DNA of 63,020 bases, counting the filler. It is 5 parts of 5 records of this genome, joined end to end, with 100 filler letters (N's around TTAATTAATTAA, not from the genome) between each part and the next. Parts side by side here need not be neighbours in the genome. Positions count along the whole stretch, not along the records: positions 39,463 to 63,020 come from SRR31156797_27558; 4 more parts are not named here. One strand, 5' to 3'. Position 1 is the stretch's first letter; every line of letters begins with the position of its first letter. The translations under genes and the position numbers were made by a program. Below are positions 49,782-59,852 of this stretch, piece after piece. Below the pieces are notes generated by a model that worked only from the letters and a program-made list of their open reading frames with translations, was not told the DNA's origin and ran no database searches.

Positions 49782-50392
49782 TTTTTATTCCTTTCGTCTA
49801 AATTTTTGCATAGTAGTCCACCAAGTCCCTTTTCACTTAACTTATTAAACACAATTGCATGACCAGTTTCCTCCAATAGTCTCATTATGTCTTCTTCACA
49901 ATAATTCTCTGGAAACATTTCCATGCTAACCATATTTGATAATCCGTGAGTGAAAATTTCCATTTTCATCAAAATATCCAGCAGGTCTTCATCACTAAGA
50001 TGAGCATTATATTTGTCTTTTCTCATTTGAGACAGAATTTTTCTTTTTGCGTCTTCATCGTCAGACAGACTTATAACATTCCCCCTCTTTAAAAGGTAAT
50101 CCTGAAAAACCATTTTGTACTCTTCAGCAAATTTTATAGTACCGATACCAACATTGAAGAAATAGTTATCAGTATATTGGACAGCAAGTGTTTCCAGATG
50201 AATTGATACGAGCTGCTCAAAAATTGCTTCCTTCAAGCCATCAATACTGCCATAATTATCATAAATGGGAGCAACAGATGATTGAAGGTCTGCTGCAAGT
50301 GCTCTGGCAGTAAGTGCGTTAAGACCTTTTTCTTTGATAATCTCTATTGATTTATCAAGTATTTGTTTCTTTGTAAACTTTGTTTCAGGCAT
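49778..50392 (-). CDS. TetR/AcrR-family regulator
   Basis: LTARALA..SSVAPIY HTH; GGAG RBS before ATG 50392. Confidence 0.87.
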   Translation of the reverse strand: MPETKFTKKQILDKSIEIIKEKGLNALTARALAADLQSSVAPIYDNYGSIDGLKEAIFEQLVSIHLETLAVQYTDNYFFNVGIGTIKFAEEYKMVFQDYLLKRGNVISLSDDEDAKRKILSQMRKDKYNAHLSDEDLLDILMKMEIFTHGLSNMVSMEMFPENYCEEDIMRLLEETGHAIVFNKLSEKGLGGLLCKNLDERNKK

Positions 50393-50406
50393 AAATTCAT
50401 CTCCAA

Positions 50407-50434
50407 ATAACATATGTTAGCTAACAACTGTTAT
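50407..50434. promoter_or_regulatory. Probable TetR operator
   Basis: ATAACATATGTTAG|CTAACAACTGTTAT: two TAACA-NN-TGTTA palindromes forming a larger dyad just upstream of the TetR RBS. Confidence 0.65.
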
Positions 50435-50609
50435 GTTAACACTGAATCTTTGCTAAGTCAAGAAAAATTATAAGTTTTTCTTAACATTCATTATTTTAAT
50501 TTTTTTTACGAATAGAATAATTATTTATTAAGAATTTGTTAACCTAGCTTCGACAGTCCAGATAATATATGATATAATACCAACATCATTAACCTAGGGT
50601 GGTAAGCAT

Positions 50610-51920
50610 ATGATTATAGATATAATACAAAAGAAGAAGAATGGACTAGAGCTTACAGAAGAAGAGATAAGCTTTGTTATTAATGGCTATGTAAAGGGTG
50701 AAATACCTGATTATCAGATTTCTGCACTTTTGATGGCTATTTATTTTAATTCAATGACTGATATTGAAACTGTCCATTTAACCCATGCGATGGTATCGTC
50801 TGGGGACAGGGTAGACCTATCAAGCATTGATGGTATTAAGGTGGATAAGCACTCGACTGGGGGTGTTGCAGATACTACTACCTTGATTCTGGCCCCTCTT
50901 GTAGCAAGCCTTGGAGCTCCTGTATGTAAAATGTCTGGAAGAGGTTTAGGCCATACCGGAGGTACATTAGACAAGCTTGAATCCATTGAAAATTTCAATG
51001 TAGAGCAGTCAATTGATGATTTTATAAGTATTGTTAATGATATTGGTATCTCAATAATTGGACAGAGCATGAACTTAGCTCCTGCTGATAAGCTGTTATA
51101 TAGCTTAAGGGATGTAACTGCTACTGTTGATTCGATTCCACTAATAGCATCATCTATCATGTCAAAGAAAATAGCTGCTGGAGCAAATGCCCTTATGCTG
51201 GATGTAAAGGTAGGAAATGGAGCATTTATTGAGGATATAGAAGAGGCAACTATGCTGGCAAATGCAATGGTTTCCTTAGGAAAAGCCGCTGAAATGGATA
51301 CCAGAGCAATGCTTAGCGATATGAACCAGCCGCTTGGAAAAGCTGTTGGTAATTCATTAGAAGTGATTGAAGCAATCGATGTGCTGAAAGGCTCTGAAGA
51401 ATCTGGAAGACTAAAAGAAGTTGCTCTGACCCTAGGAGCAAATATGCTGGAAATGGCAGGTGTTGCTGACCTAGATAAAGCATATAGTATGCTTAATGAA
51501 AATATATCAAACGGCAAGGGACTGGACAAACTAAAAGAAATGGTTACAGCTCATGGAGGTAATCCAGAAATGATTGATAACCCTAATTTGCTTCCAAAAG
51601 CAAAAAACACAATGTTGCTTAAGTCAAAAGTAAGCGGTTACATTAATTCAATGGACACAAAAGCCCTTGGCAGAGCGGCATGTATACTTGGAGCTGGACG
51701 TGAGCAAAAAACGGATATTATCGACCATGCTGTAGGATATATTATGGAATGTGAATTAGGTGACAGAGTGGAAATTGGAAGTACATTATGTGAAATTCAT
51801 TACAATGATGACACAAAACTGACAGATGCGTGTGATATAATTTTGAATAGCGTTATTATAGACAAGATGTCAATATACAAGAAACAGGAAAGTCCAATAA
51901 TTAATATAATAAAAAATTAA
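50610..51920 (+). CDS. pdp: Pyrimidine-nucleoside phosphorylase
   Basis: VDKHSTGGV, KMSGRGLGHTGGTLDKLESI, RDVTATV, SIMSKK. Confidence 0.95.
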   Translation: MIIDIIQKKKNGLELTEEEISFVINGYVKGEIPDYQISALLMAIYFNSMTDIETVHLTHAMVSSGDRVDLSSIDGIKVDKHSTGGVADTTTLILAPLVASLGAPVCKMSGRGLGHTGGTLDKLESIENFNVEQSIDDFISIVNDIGISIIGQSMNLAPADKLLYSLRDVTATVDSIPLIASSIMSKKIAAGANALMLDVKVGNGAFIEDIEEATMLANAMVSLGKAAEMDTRAMLSDMNQPLGKAVGNSLEVIEAIDVLKGSEESGRLKEVALTLGANMLEMAGVADLDKAYSMLNENISNGKGLDKLKEMVTAHGGNPEMIDNPNLLPKAKNTMLLKSKVSGYINSMDTKALGRAACILGAGREQKTDIIDHAVGYIMECELGDRVEIGSTLCEIHYNDDTKLTDACDIILNSVIIDKMSIYKKQESPIINIIKN

Positions 51921-51933
51921 CAGAAAGCAAAAA

Positions 51934-52878
51934 ATGATTAAACTAAATAAAGTAACTAAATTTTATGGAAGTAATATTGGTATAAAAGATGTCAGCTTTA
52001 CAATAAATGAAGGTGAAGTAGTAGGACTTCTAGGCAAAAATGGAGCAGGGAAAACTACTGCTATGAATGTAATAACTGGATATCTGGCACCTACTGCAGG
52101 TGAAATATCTATAGATGATACAAATGCTATTGATAACCCCATCAAAATTCGCAGCGAAATCGGCTATATGCCTGAAAAGCCGCCAATATATATGGATTTG
52201 ACAGTAAATGAATATCTGGAATTCTGTGCTGAATTAAATAAAATAGGTAAAGAAAAGATAGAAAAGCATATTGATGATATCTGTAAATTAGTCAATATCG
52301 AGGATGTACGGAAAAGACTATGCAAAAACCTATCAAAAGGTTATAAACAGAGAGTAGGTTTGGCACAGGCTTTGATTGGTAATCCTAAAATACTGATTTT
52401 GGATGAACCTACAGCAGGGCTTGACCCAAAGCAGATATTAGAAATCCGAAAGCTGATAAAAGCTCTGGGCAAAAATCACACATTAATATTATCATCTCAC
52501 ATTCTCAATGAGATTTCACAAATATGTGACAGAGTAATAATAATTGATAAGGGAATGATTGTAGCTGATGATACTATCTGCAATCTTTCTGCTGGTGATA
52601 AAGATTACATAGTATTTGATGTTACTATTTCATGCGGTAAAAATGATAATAATCCAACTGCTGTAATACAATCTGTCGAAGATGTAAAGTCTGTCAAAGT
52701 TAATAAATCCAAAAGTAATATTAAAACTTACAGAATTACATGCAAAAAGGGTAGTGACCCTCGAGGGGAAGTATCCAAAGCATTATGTGATGCAGGTATG
52801 CTTGTTATTGAGATGGCTGCTGTACAAAAAGGATTGGAAGAAATCTTTATAAACTTAACTGACAAGGAGGATAAATAA
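51934..52878 (+). CDS. ABC ATP-binding protein (GldA-like)
   Basis: GKNGAGKT, LSKGYKQRVG, LDEPT. Confidence 0.9.
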   Translation: MIKLNKVTKFYGSNIGIKDVSFTINEGEVVGLLGKNGAGKTTAMNVITGYLAPTAGEISIDDTNAIDNPIKIRSEIGYMPEKPPIYMDLTVNEYLEFCAELNKIGKEKIEKHIDDICKLVNIEDVRKRLCKNLSKGYKQRVGLAQALIGNPKILILDEPTAGLDPKQILEIRKLIKALGKNHTLILSSHILNEISQICDRVIIIDKGMIVADDTICNLSAGDKDYIVFDVTISCGKNDNNPTAVIQSVEDVKSVKVNKSKSNIKTYRITCKKGSDPRGEVSKALCDAGMLVIEMAAVQKGLEEIFINLTDKEDK

Positions 52879-53588
52879 TGATAGCAGTTTATAAGAAGGA
52901 AATGCGAAACTATTATTTTACTCCATTAGGCTATATTTTTATTGGTGCATTTATATTGATTGCTGGAATATATTTTTCATTATCAAATATACTTCCTCTT
53001 AATTCAAATTTTGCGTCAACTCTTGGTTCGCTTACTTTTGTATTCATTATTGTTATTCCTGTCCTCACCATGCGTTTGGTATCACAGGAATCAAAGGATA
53101 AGACTGATCAACTGCTAAAGACATCTCCCATTACTACATTTGACATAGTTTTAGGTAAATTTCTAGCAGCGGTATCCGTTTTTGTATGTTCTTTGCTTGT
53201 TTCATTGATATTCCCTGCAATTATATCCAGCTTTGGTGCAGCTATTTATGGTGAAGTCTTTACGACATATGTTGGATTTTTTCTATTAGGCTGTTCTTTA
53301 ATAGCTATTGGGATGTTTATTTCCAGCTGTACAGATTCTATAGTAGTATCGGCCATTATATGTGCATTTGTAATGATGTTGATGTGGGTTGGAGATGCGG
53401 CTATTTCATTAGTACCAACTAAAGCAATTGCAAATATACTATCTTGGTTCTCTGTGTTCAGTTCTTTAGAGGGCTTTGTACTGGGACAGCTATCATTAGT
53501 ACCTGTTATATATTACCTTGGCTTTACCTCTATCTTCGTTCTTGCGACATATCTAAACATTGAAAGAAGCAGATGGAGCGAAGTCTAG
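52878..53588 (+). CDS. ABC-2 permease (GldF-like)
   Basis: KEMRNYY, LTMRL..E, TDQLL.TSP, VLGKF; 6 TM segments. Confidence 0.85.
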   Translation: MIAVYKKEMRNYYFTPLGYIFIGAFILIAGIYFSLSNILPLNSNFASTLGSLTFVFIIVIPVLTMRLVSQESKDKTDQLLKTSPITTFDIVLGKFLAAVSVFVCSLLVSLIFPAIISSFGAAIYGEVFTTYVGFFLLGCSLIAIGMFISSCTDSIVVSAIICAFVMMLMWVGDAAISLVPTKAIANILSWFSVFSSLEGFVLGQLSLVPVIYYLGFTSIFVLATYLNIERSRWSEV

Positions 53589-53622
53589 TAAGCATATAGA
53601 AATTAGAAAGGCTCAACACATA

Positions 53623-55113
53623 ATGAAAAACAATGCTTTAAGAAGCTCAATTAATAAAAAATATAAATTATTCGCAGTTATTGTAATGATTCTGGCTGTT
53701 TTAATTGTAGGCTTGCTTAATTATATTCTGGGTATTATAGATGAAAAGATAGGATTAAGTGCGGACTTTACTGCATTCAGGCTATATTCAATTTCTTCGA
53801 GAACCGAAAGTGTTCTTGATACTATTGAAAAGGACATCTATATTTATACTACAAATACAGCAGGCTTAAATGATAAAAACATAGATGAACTATTAAAATC
53901 CTATGGAAACAAATCCGATAAACTGCATATAAAGAATATTGATATAGTGGCAAATCCAGCTATAATAGAGTACTATAATGCAAATAACGAATTCGATATT
54001 GTTGCCGGCAATGTTATTATTTCGAATTCTGATAATCCCTTGAGTACAACCCAGACATTTAGAGTTTTAGATTCATATGATTTCTATACGATTGACAGTG
54101 AAACAAATGAATATGATAATTTCAGTGCAGAAGAAGCAATCACAAATGCAATAAGCTATGTACATTCACCTAATGACCAAAGGGTTTATATTCTGCAAAA
54201 CCATAACTCAGATTTATCTGTTAATTATGAAATCAGAACTCTTCTGGAAGAGTATAATTATGACGTTAATAACTTAAGCTTATTAAGCAATGAAACTGAA
54301 CTGGTATCTGAAGATATTGTTGTCATAATCGCACCGGATAGCGATTTGACAAGCAATGAACTAAATCAACTAGAAGAATTTCATGATAATGGCGGTTCAC
54401 TGCTTATAGCATTATCTGCAAATACAATGAATTCCATTAACATGCCTAATCTGTCATCTCTGTATGAGCAGTATAATATTTATTACAAAAATGGTGTTGT
54501 AATAGAAACCAATAGCAAGAATACTGCAGTATCAACAAGTAATGATTACTCTGACGTATTTATAATACCAGAATTTGCTGAACACGAAATCACCAATAGA
54601 TTTATTCTTAATGATTACAAAATACTATTAGGTGTACATGCAGGAGCATTGGAGATACCTGATAAAGTCAATGATACTGATTTAACGATTGAACCTATTG
54701 TACAAACTTCTAAGACTTCATATTTAGAGCTTTGGGATAACGACATGGATTTAGAACCTGATGATGGGGATGAATTTGGTCCGTTGACTCAGGCAGTATC
54801 AATAACAAAAACTAATAATAATGATACTTTGGACAGCAAAATGTTAGTGGTTTCATCTCCTGATATGCTTCTAAATGCAAGAACATACAGTCAGAATGTT
54901 TATAAAAATTATGAATTCTTCCATCGAATGATAAGATGGCTTTCTGTTGATTCTGAAGATATTTATATTGCCAGTAAACCATTAGCAGATAGTCCCCTTA
55001 TGATTGAGAGTATGAATATTGCATATTTTATTATTGCTTTAGTGTGCGTGGTAATACCACTAATAATTTTTGCCGCTGGAATAATTATCTACAGAAAAAG
55101 AAAGAATCTTTAG
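53623..55113 (+). CDS. GldG-like ABC auxiliary protein
   Basis: DFT..RLYSIS..T, EEAITNAI, P.SDL, C-terminal TM; ATG 53623 is in frame with TTG 53560. Confidence 0.8.
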   Translation: MKNNALRSSINKKYKLFAVIVMILAVLIVGLLNYILGIIDEKIGLSADFTAFRLYSISSRTESVLDTIEKDIYIYTTNTAGLNDKNIDELLKSYGNKSDKLHIKNIDIVANPAIIEYYNANNEFDIVAGNVIISNSDNPLSTTQTFRVLDSYDFYTIDSETNEYDNFSAEEAITNAISYVHSPNDQRVYILQNHNSDLSVNYEIRTLLEEYNYDVNNLSLLSNETELVSEDIVVIIAPDSDLTSNELNQLEEFHDNGGSLLIALSANTMNSINMPNLSSLYEQYNIYYKNGVVIETNSKNTAVSTSNDYSDVFIIPEFAEHEITNRFILNDYKILLGVHAGALEIPDKVNDTDLTIEPIVQTSKTSYLELWDNDMDLEPDDGDEFGPLTQAVSITKTNNNDTLDSKMLVVSSPDMLLNARTYSQNVYKNYEFFHRMIRWLSVDSEDIYIASKPLADSPLMIESMNIAYFIIALVCVVIPLIIFAAGIIIYRKRKNL

Positions 55114-55117
55114 TATT

Positions 55118-56596
55118 ATGAAGAATATTGGAAGATTAATATTAGTACTAATAGGCATTGCTGTTGTTCTTGGATTTGCTGCCTTAATAATTCCAAATAT
55201 TGAGCTTGATAATGAGGTAGTTACAGAAGATACGCAGGATACATATCAAGTTAGTGACTTTTATGCAGGGGAACTTAAGGAAATAGTACTGGAAAATGAA
55301 AGCGGTACTTTGCACCTGATAAATGAGAATGATAGCTGGTATGCTGCTGGTTATGAAGATGTCTCTCTGGATCAGGATGAAATCACTAATATGGCGTATA
55401 TATTAACTCATATTGAAACTGATAGAATTGTAAGTAAGGATGAAAGTGAACAGTACAAATACGGAATTGATAATCCCGCTGCAAAGATAACAACAATACA
55501 TGACTATAACACAACACAAGAATACATTTTAGGCGATAAAGCACCAATAATAGGCGAATACTACATGGCTTTGGTTGGTACTGGTGCAACGTTTACTGTG
55601 AATACTTCTGTAAACGCTTACGCTACTGCCTCAATTGATGATATTAAATCGCTTAATTCAATTGATATTACTATTGAAAATCTTATAAAGGTCAGCGTTG
55701 ATAACAAATCAATCAATGATAATTATACTATCCAAAGGATTTCAAACGATAATGATATTTCATTATGTTATTGGGAATTTATAGATAATTTCAACCATGA
55801 TGTTGATTCCAGGGTTCTATATCTTGGCAGTGAAGGCTATGACTATGATTTTCTAGAGACTTTATGTTCCATAGCTGGAAAAGAAATAATCGGCAGGCAG
55901 AATGAATTTTTTCAGGATAATGATAGTTCGGATTATTTACTAAGTGCTATGCTATACTCAAATGAAAATACTCCGCAGACATTTACACTATATAATTATG
56001 ATGAAGACAATTACGCATTGACATTTGATGGTGATGATTGGGTGTATTCTATTCCTAAAGTATATATTACCTTTATGGATATTGATAAATTCATGCTCTC
56101 TGATCCAAATCTTGCACTAATCAGCATCAATTCTGTTGATGAAGTATTAATTAACCTACCTGATGTTGAGACAAAAATGCAAATGTCATCTTATATTAAA
56201 AAAAATAGTGACGGTACTAATATGACTGATACATATGGAAATGAGGTAACTGGAGTCGATATTCTTATGAATGAGACTGAAAACCTGCAGGTTGACGATA
56301 CATTGAAGCAGGAACAGGCTACATGGTTCTATCAGGATATTGTAACAATTAAAATCGATGGAATAATTAATGAACCTAATATCAGCTCATTAAAAGAGAT
56401 TGGAAGTATCAAATATCAGTTCAGTTCTGAATATATGAGCGAGTATAATATAACTTTCTACGAATACAATTTGACACATTATCTGGCGAAGAAAAACAAT
56501 GACGAAGTATACTTTCTTATTAACAAGCATCAGCTGGAATATATAGCTAAAAGATACGAAATGCTCAAACTTGGTCAGCTTGACATATCATATTAA
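55118..56596 (+). CDS. DUF4340-like membrane-anchored protein
   Basis: N-terminal TM, YGIDNP, LGDKAP..GEYY; fourth gene of the Gld-like ABC cluster. Confidence 0.7.
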   Translation: MKNIGRLILVLIGIAVVLGFAALIIPNIELDNEVVTEDTQDTYQVSDFYAGELKEIVLENESGTLHLINENDSWYAAGYEDVSLDQDEITNMAYILTHIETDRIVSKDESEQYKYGIDNPAAKITTIHDYNTTQEYILGDKAPIIGEYYMALVGTGATFTVNTSVNAYATASIDDIKSLNSIDITIENLIKVSVDNKSINDNYTIQRISNDNDISLCYWEFIDNFNHDVDSRVLYLGSEGYDYDFLETLCSIAGKEIIGRQNEFFQDNDSSDYLLSAMLYSNENTPQTFTLYNYDEDNYALTFDGDDWVYSIPKVYITFMDIDKFMLSDPNLALISINSVDEVLINLPDVETKMQMSSYIKKNSDGTNMTDTYGNEVTGVDILMNETENLQVDDTLKQEQATWFYQDIVTIKIDGIINEPNISSLKEIGSIKYQFSSEYMSEYNITFYEYNLTHYLAKKNNDEVYFLINKHQLEYIAKRYEMLKLGQLDISY

Positions 56597-56789
56597 TGCT
56601 TTATAATGAACTTTAAAATATTATGTAGATATTGGACAATTATTATATAATATATGTTACTGATAATTATAGTATGGTAAAATGTAGTGTAAGTGCAATT
56701 AGGGAGCATATTACGACAGTTTTCTGTGAATATTTTACTTGGTATTGATATGATACTGCTAGGAATTATACAGTAAGAAAGGTGCTATT

Positions 56790-58064
56790 ATGGGAATTAG
56801 AAAAAAGTTATTTTTTATCATAGTTGTTGGAATATTCATTTCGCTATCAGGGTTTTCTACCGCATTTGCAAATGATACAGTAGAAATACAGGCACTAACG
56901 GACTTAGCGCTCCCCGAAGCCACACCAATGAGTAAACCAGCCGCTCAGGTTTCTGGTAAACCTGCGGGAGATACATCAGCAGTTGTAAGCTTTGGCGACA
57001 GCAATCTGGCTAGTGCATTAGCAGAAAAAGCAGGCTGTAGTGTTGGCGAATTAACAGTCGATACACTAAAGGGATTTTCAGGAACACTTGATCTTAGTAA
57101 TAAAGATATCAGCGAATTAGACGGTATAGAATATTTAGTAAATGTTGAGTATCTTATACTTAATAAAAACCCAATTTACTCCAGGACGGAGCTAGGAAGA
57201 GTAGGTACACTTACAAATTTACAAGGCTTAGAAATAGCTGCTCTTAGTATAAGTGACATTCCTTCGTCTATTTGTTCAATGACTTGGCTTAAATATTTAA
57301 ATATTGAAGCAAACAGGCTAGAGACATTACCGAGCTCGTTCACTACTCTTAATCTGGACTGCTTATCCTGTAATTACTGTTTCTTTGATATCAGCTCTTC
57401 CTCTACAACAGTGGAAAGGATTAAGGGAGCTGCTAGTACAGCAAATTATCAATATCAATTACCCAGACTTGAAAATTTCTATGTAACATGTGAGGAAATG
57501 GGAGTCGCTGTAATGCATTGGGATGCAATGCCTGATATACAATTTGCAAATGGTGTAAAAGCTGTGATTAAGAGATATTCTGTGTGCGAACCTAGGGCTG
57601 GTGAATCACGCGGAAGCTGGAAGGATTCAGTATCCAGCTCTGGAAACAGTTATTCATTCAGTGGCTTAGACGGTACAGTATCATATTCATTTGATGCCAG
57701 TGTAGATTACCATATTAAGAGTACATCATATGATGGTAAGTATATAAAGAACTATCAGAAGGTTCTGTTTGTACCAAAACCTCAGCCTACACCTACACCC
57801 ATGCCTACGGATACACCTGCTCCTACACTAACTGAAGAACCTACACCTGAAGTTACATCAACTCCTATAGCTGAAGCAGATAGTAGTCAGGAACCACAGA
57901 TTACATACACACCATCACCTTCAGCAACTGAGCAGAATACCAGCGTTAGCAATAACTCAGATAACTTTATGCGCAAATTGACTATATTGGTTATAATTGT
58001 GATATTCTTAATAATATCGCTATTATTGGTTTTGGTAATAAGGACAGTCAGGCAAAACTACTAA
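56790..58064 (+). CDS. Leucine-rich-repeat surface protein (internalin-like cap, Pro/Thr linker, C-terminal TM)
   Basis: FGDSNL, LDLSNKDISELDGIEYLVNVEYLILNKN, LNIEANRLETLP; PTPTP linker; TM followed by basic residues. Confidence 0.8.
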   Translation: MGIRKKLFFIIVVGIFISLSGFSTAFANDTVEIQALTDLALPEATPMSKPAAQVSGKPAGDTSAVVSFGDSNLASALAEKAGCSVGELTVDTLKGFSGTLDLSNKDISELDGIEYLVNVEYLILNKNPIYSRTELGRVGTLTNLQGLEIAALSISDIPSSICSMTWLKYLNIEANRLETLPSSFTTLNLDCLSCNYCFFDISSSSTTVERIKGAASTANYQYQLPRLENFYVTCEEMGVAVMHWDAMPDIQFANGVKAVIKRYSVCEPRAGESRGSWKDSVSSSGNSYSFSGLDGTVSYSFDASVDYHIKSTSYDGKYIKNYQKVLFVPKPQPTPTPMPTDTPAPTLTEEPTPEVTSTPIAEADSSQEPQITYTPSPSATEQNTSVSNNSDNFMRKLTILVIIVIFLIISLLLVLVIRTVRQNY

Positions 58065-58085
58065 AGATAAATAATTTCGGAGAAA

Positions 58086-59399
58086 ATGATGAGTTTATAT
58101 GACAAAATAAAAAACGGACAAGAGAAAATATCATTGGTTGGACTTGGTTATGTAGGGATGCCAATTGCTGTAGCTTTTTCTAAGAAGGCAAAAGTAATAG
58201 GGTATGATATAAATCAGAAAAAAATAGAACTGTACAAAAAAGGAATCGATCCGACTAAAGAAGTAGGTGACAAAGAAATATCTGAATGTTCAGTTGATTT
58301 TACCTGCGATGAGAAACTGCTCAGGAATGCAAAGTTTCATATTGTAGCTGTTCCTACACCAGTCAGTGAAGATCATACACCGAATCTTAAATATGTGATT
58401 TCTTCCAGCAGAACAGTTGGCAGAAATCTGACAAAAGGGAGCATTATTGTATATGAATCTACTGTATATCCTGGTGTAACTGAAGATATCTGTATACCAA
58501 TACTAGAAGAAGAATCAGGACTTAAATGCGGTGTTGACTTTAAAGTAGGCTATTCACCAGAGAGAATCAATCCTGGTGATAAGGTTCACAGATTGGAAAA
58601 CATTACAAAGATAGTTTCTGGTATGGATGATGAAGCGCTGGAAGAAATAGCAAAAGTATATGAGATGGTTATTGATGCAGGTGTATACAAAGCTAAGAGC
58701 ATAAAGGTTGCCGAAGCAGCAAAAGTTATAGAGAATTCACAAAGGGATATAAATATTGCTTTTATGAATGAACTTGCAATAATCTTTAATAAAATGAATA
58801 TTGATACCAGTGAAGTATTGAAAGCAGCAGGTACGAAGTGGAACTTCCTGAATTTTTATCCAGGGTTAGTTGGCGGACATTGTATCGGTGTTGATCCATA
58901 TTATCTAACATATAAGGCTGAACAATTAGGATATCATTCTCAGATAATACTATCCGGAAGACGTATAAACGATGAGATGGGAAAGTATGTTGCTGAACAG
59001 ACTGTAAAACAAATGATTAAGGCAGGTAAACACATAAAAGGAAGTAAAGCAGTAATCTATGGCATTACGTTCAAGGAAAATTGTCCTGATATTAGAAATA
59101 CCAAGGTAATTGACGTTATCCGTGAGCTGAATGAGTATGGTGTTGAGACAATGGTTGTAGATCCAGTCGCTGACAGCGAAGATATAGAACGTGAATATGG
59201 TATAAAAGTTTTGGACTATAATGATGTAAAGGATATTGATGCAGCAATTTTTGCAGTTGCACACACTGAGTTCCTTGACTTAGATGCTGATTATTTAAAT
59301 CGTATCTTTAGAGATAAAATTAAGCCAGTTATTGATGTAAAAGGCATCATTACAAGTGAAAAAATCAACAAAAAAGATTTCTTGTATTGGAAATTATAA
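58086..59399 (+). CDS. UDP-N-acetylhexosamine 6-dehydrogenase (TviB/WbpO-like)
   Basis: GLGYVG, YESTVYPG, SPERINPGD, AKVIENSQRD, GGHCIGVDPYY, FKENCPDIRN. Confidence 0.92.
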   Translation: MMSLYDKIKNGQEKISLVGLGYVGMPIAVAFSKKAKVIGYDINQKKIELYKKGIDPTKEVGDKEISECSVDFTCDEKLLRNAKFHIVAVPTPVSEDHTPNLKYVISSSRTVGRNLTKGSIIVYESTVYPGVTEDICIPILEEESGLKCGVDFKVGYSPERINPGDKVHRLENITKIVSGMDDEALEEIAKVYEMVIDAGVYKAKSIKVAEAAKVIENSQRDINIAFMNELAIIFNKMNIDTSEVLKAAGTKWNFLNFYPGLVGGHCIGVDPYYLTYKAEQLGYHSQIILSGRRINDEMGKYVAEQTVKQMIKAGKHIKGSKAVIYGITFKENCPDIRNTKVIDVIRELNEYGVETMVVDPVADSEDIEREYGIKVLDYNDVKDIDAAIFAVAHTEFLDLDADYLNRIFRDKIKPVIDVKGIITSEKINKKDFLYWKL

Positions 59400-59443
59400 A
59401 ATAATACTAGAAAAGCATATGATTGTTTATTTAGTGTTTCGAG

Positions 59444-59797
59444 GTGCGTCTTTTGAACAAATCTGATATTAAATCTAATATTGAATACTCAATTCATGGC
59501 GAGAGCATTACTTCTAAAATTAAAGCGATTGAGCATCAAAAATTAAAAATGCTAGATAGTGCTAATTCAATAATACAGTCAATGGGCGGCGAGAATCCGT
59601 CAGAAGCGGAAGCCATAGGCGAGACAATCGCATCACTTATAATATCTTCCTACAGATTAGGAGTTAATTTGGGAATATCGGTAGAAGATATGGACAGGAG
59701 AATATGTCAGCAGCTTAATTATATTAGGCAGCTAGAAGCAAACGGTGTACGGCGGGATATCCACGAACTAAGACGAAAATATATACCAAACGTCTAG
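59444..59797 (+). CDS. MazG-like family protein
   Basis: IKAIEHQK...IASLIISSYRLG pattern, and the usual position before DUF2232-rplI in Clostridia. Confidence 0.6.
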   Translation: MRLLNKSDIKSNIEYSIHGESITSKIKAIEHQKLKMLDSANSIIQSMGGENPSEAEAIGETIASLIISSYRLGVNLGISVEDMDRRICQQLNYIRQLEANGVRRDIHELRRKYIPNV

Positions 59798-59852
59798 TAC
59801 TATAAATTTTGCTAAATATACATACATAATATATACTTAGATACAAAGGTTA

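Noticed and set aside
50741..51529. 262-aa antisense ORF, and other short overlapping ORFs in the track (e.g. 34890-35276, 39655-40131, 43728-44072)
   Set aside because: They are shadows of well-supported genes on the opposite strand or in another frame and have no motifs of their own.
51934..56596. Gliding motility system in a Clostridia-like contig
   Set aside because: GldA/F/G-like ABC clusters with DUF4340 are widespread in non-gliding bacteria, and no T9SS or motor genes are present.
57780..57860. Short nucleotide repeats (CCTACA units)
   Set aside because: They simply encode the Pro/Thr linker of the LRR protein.
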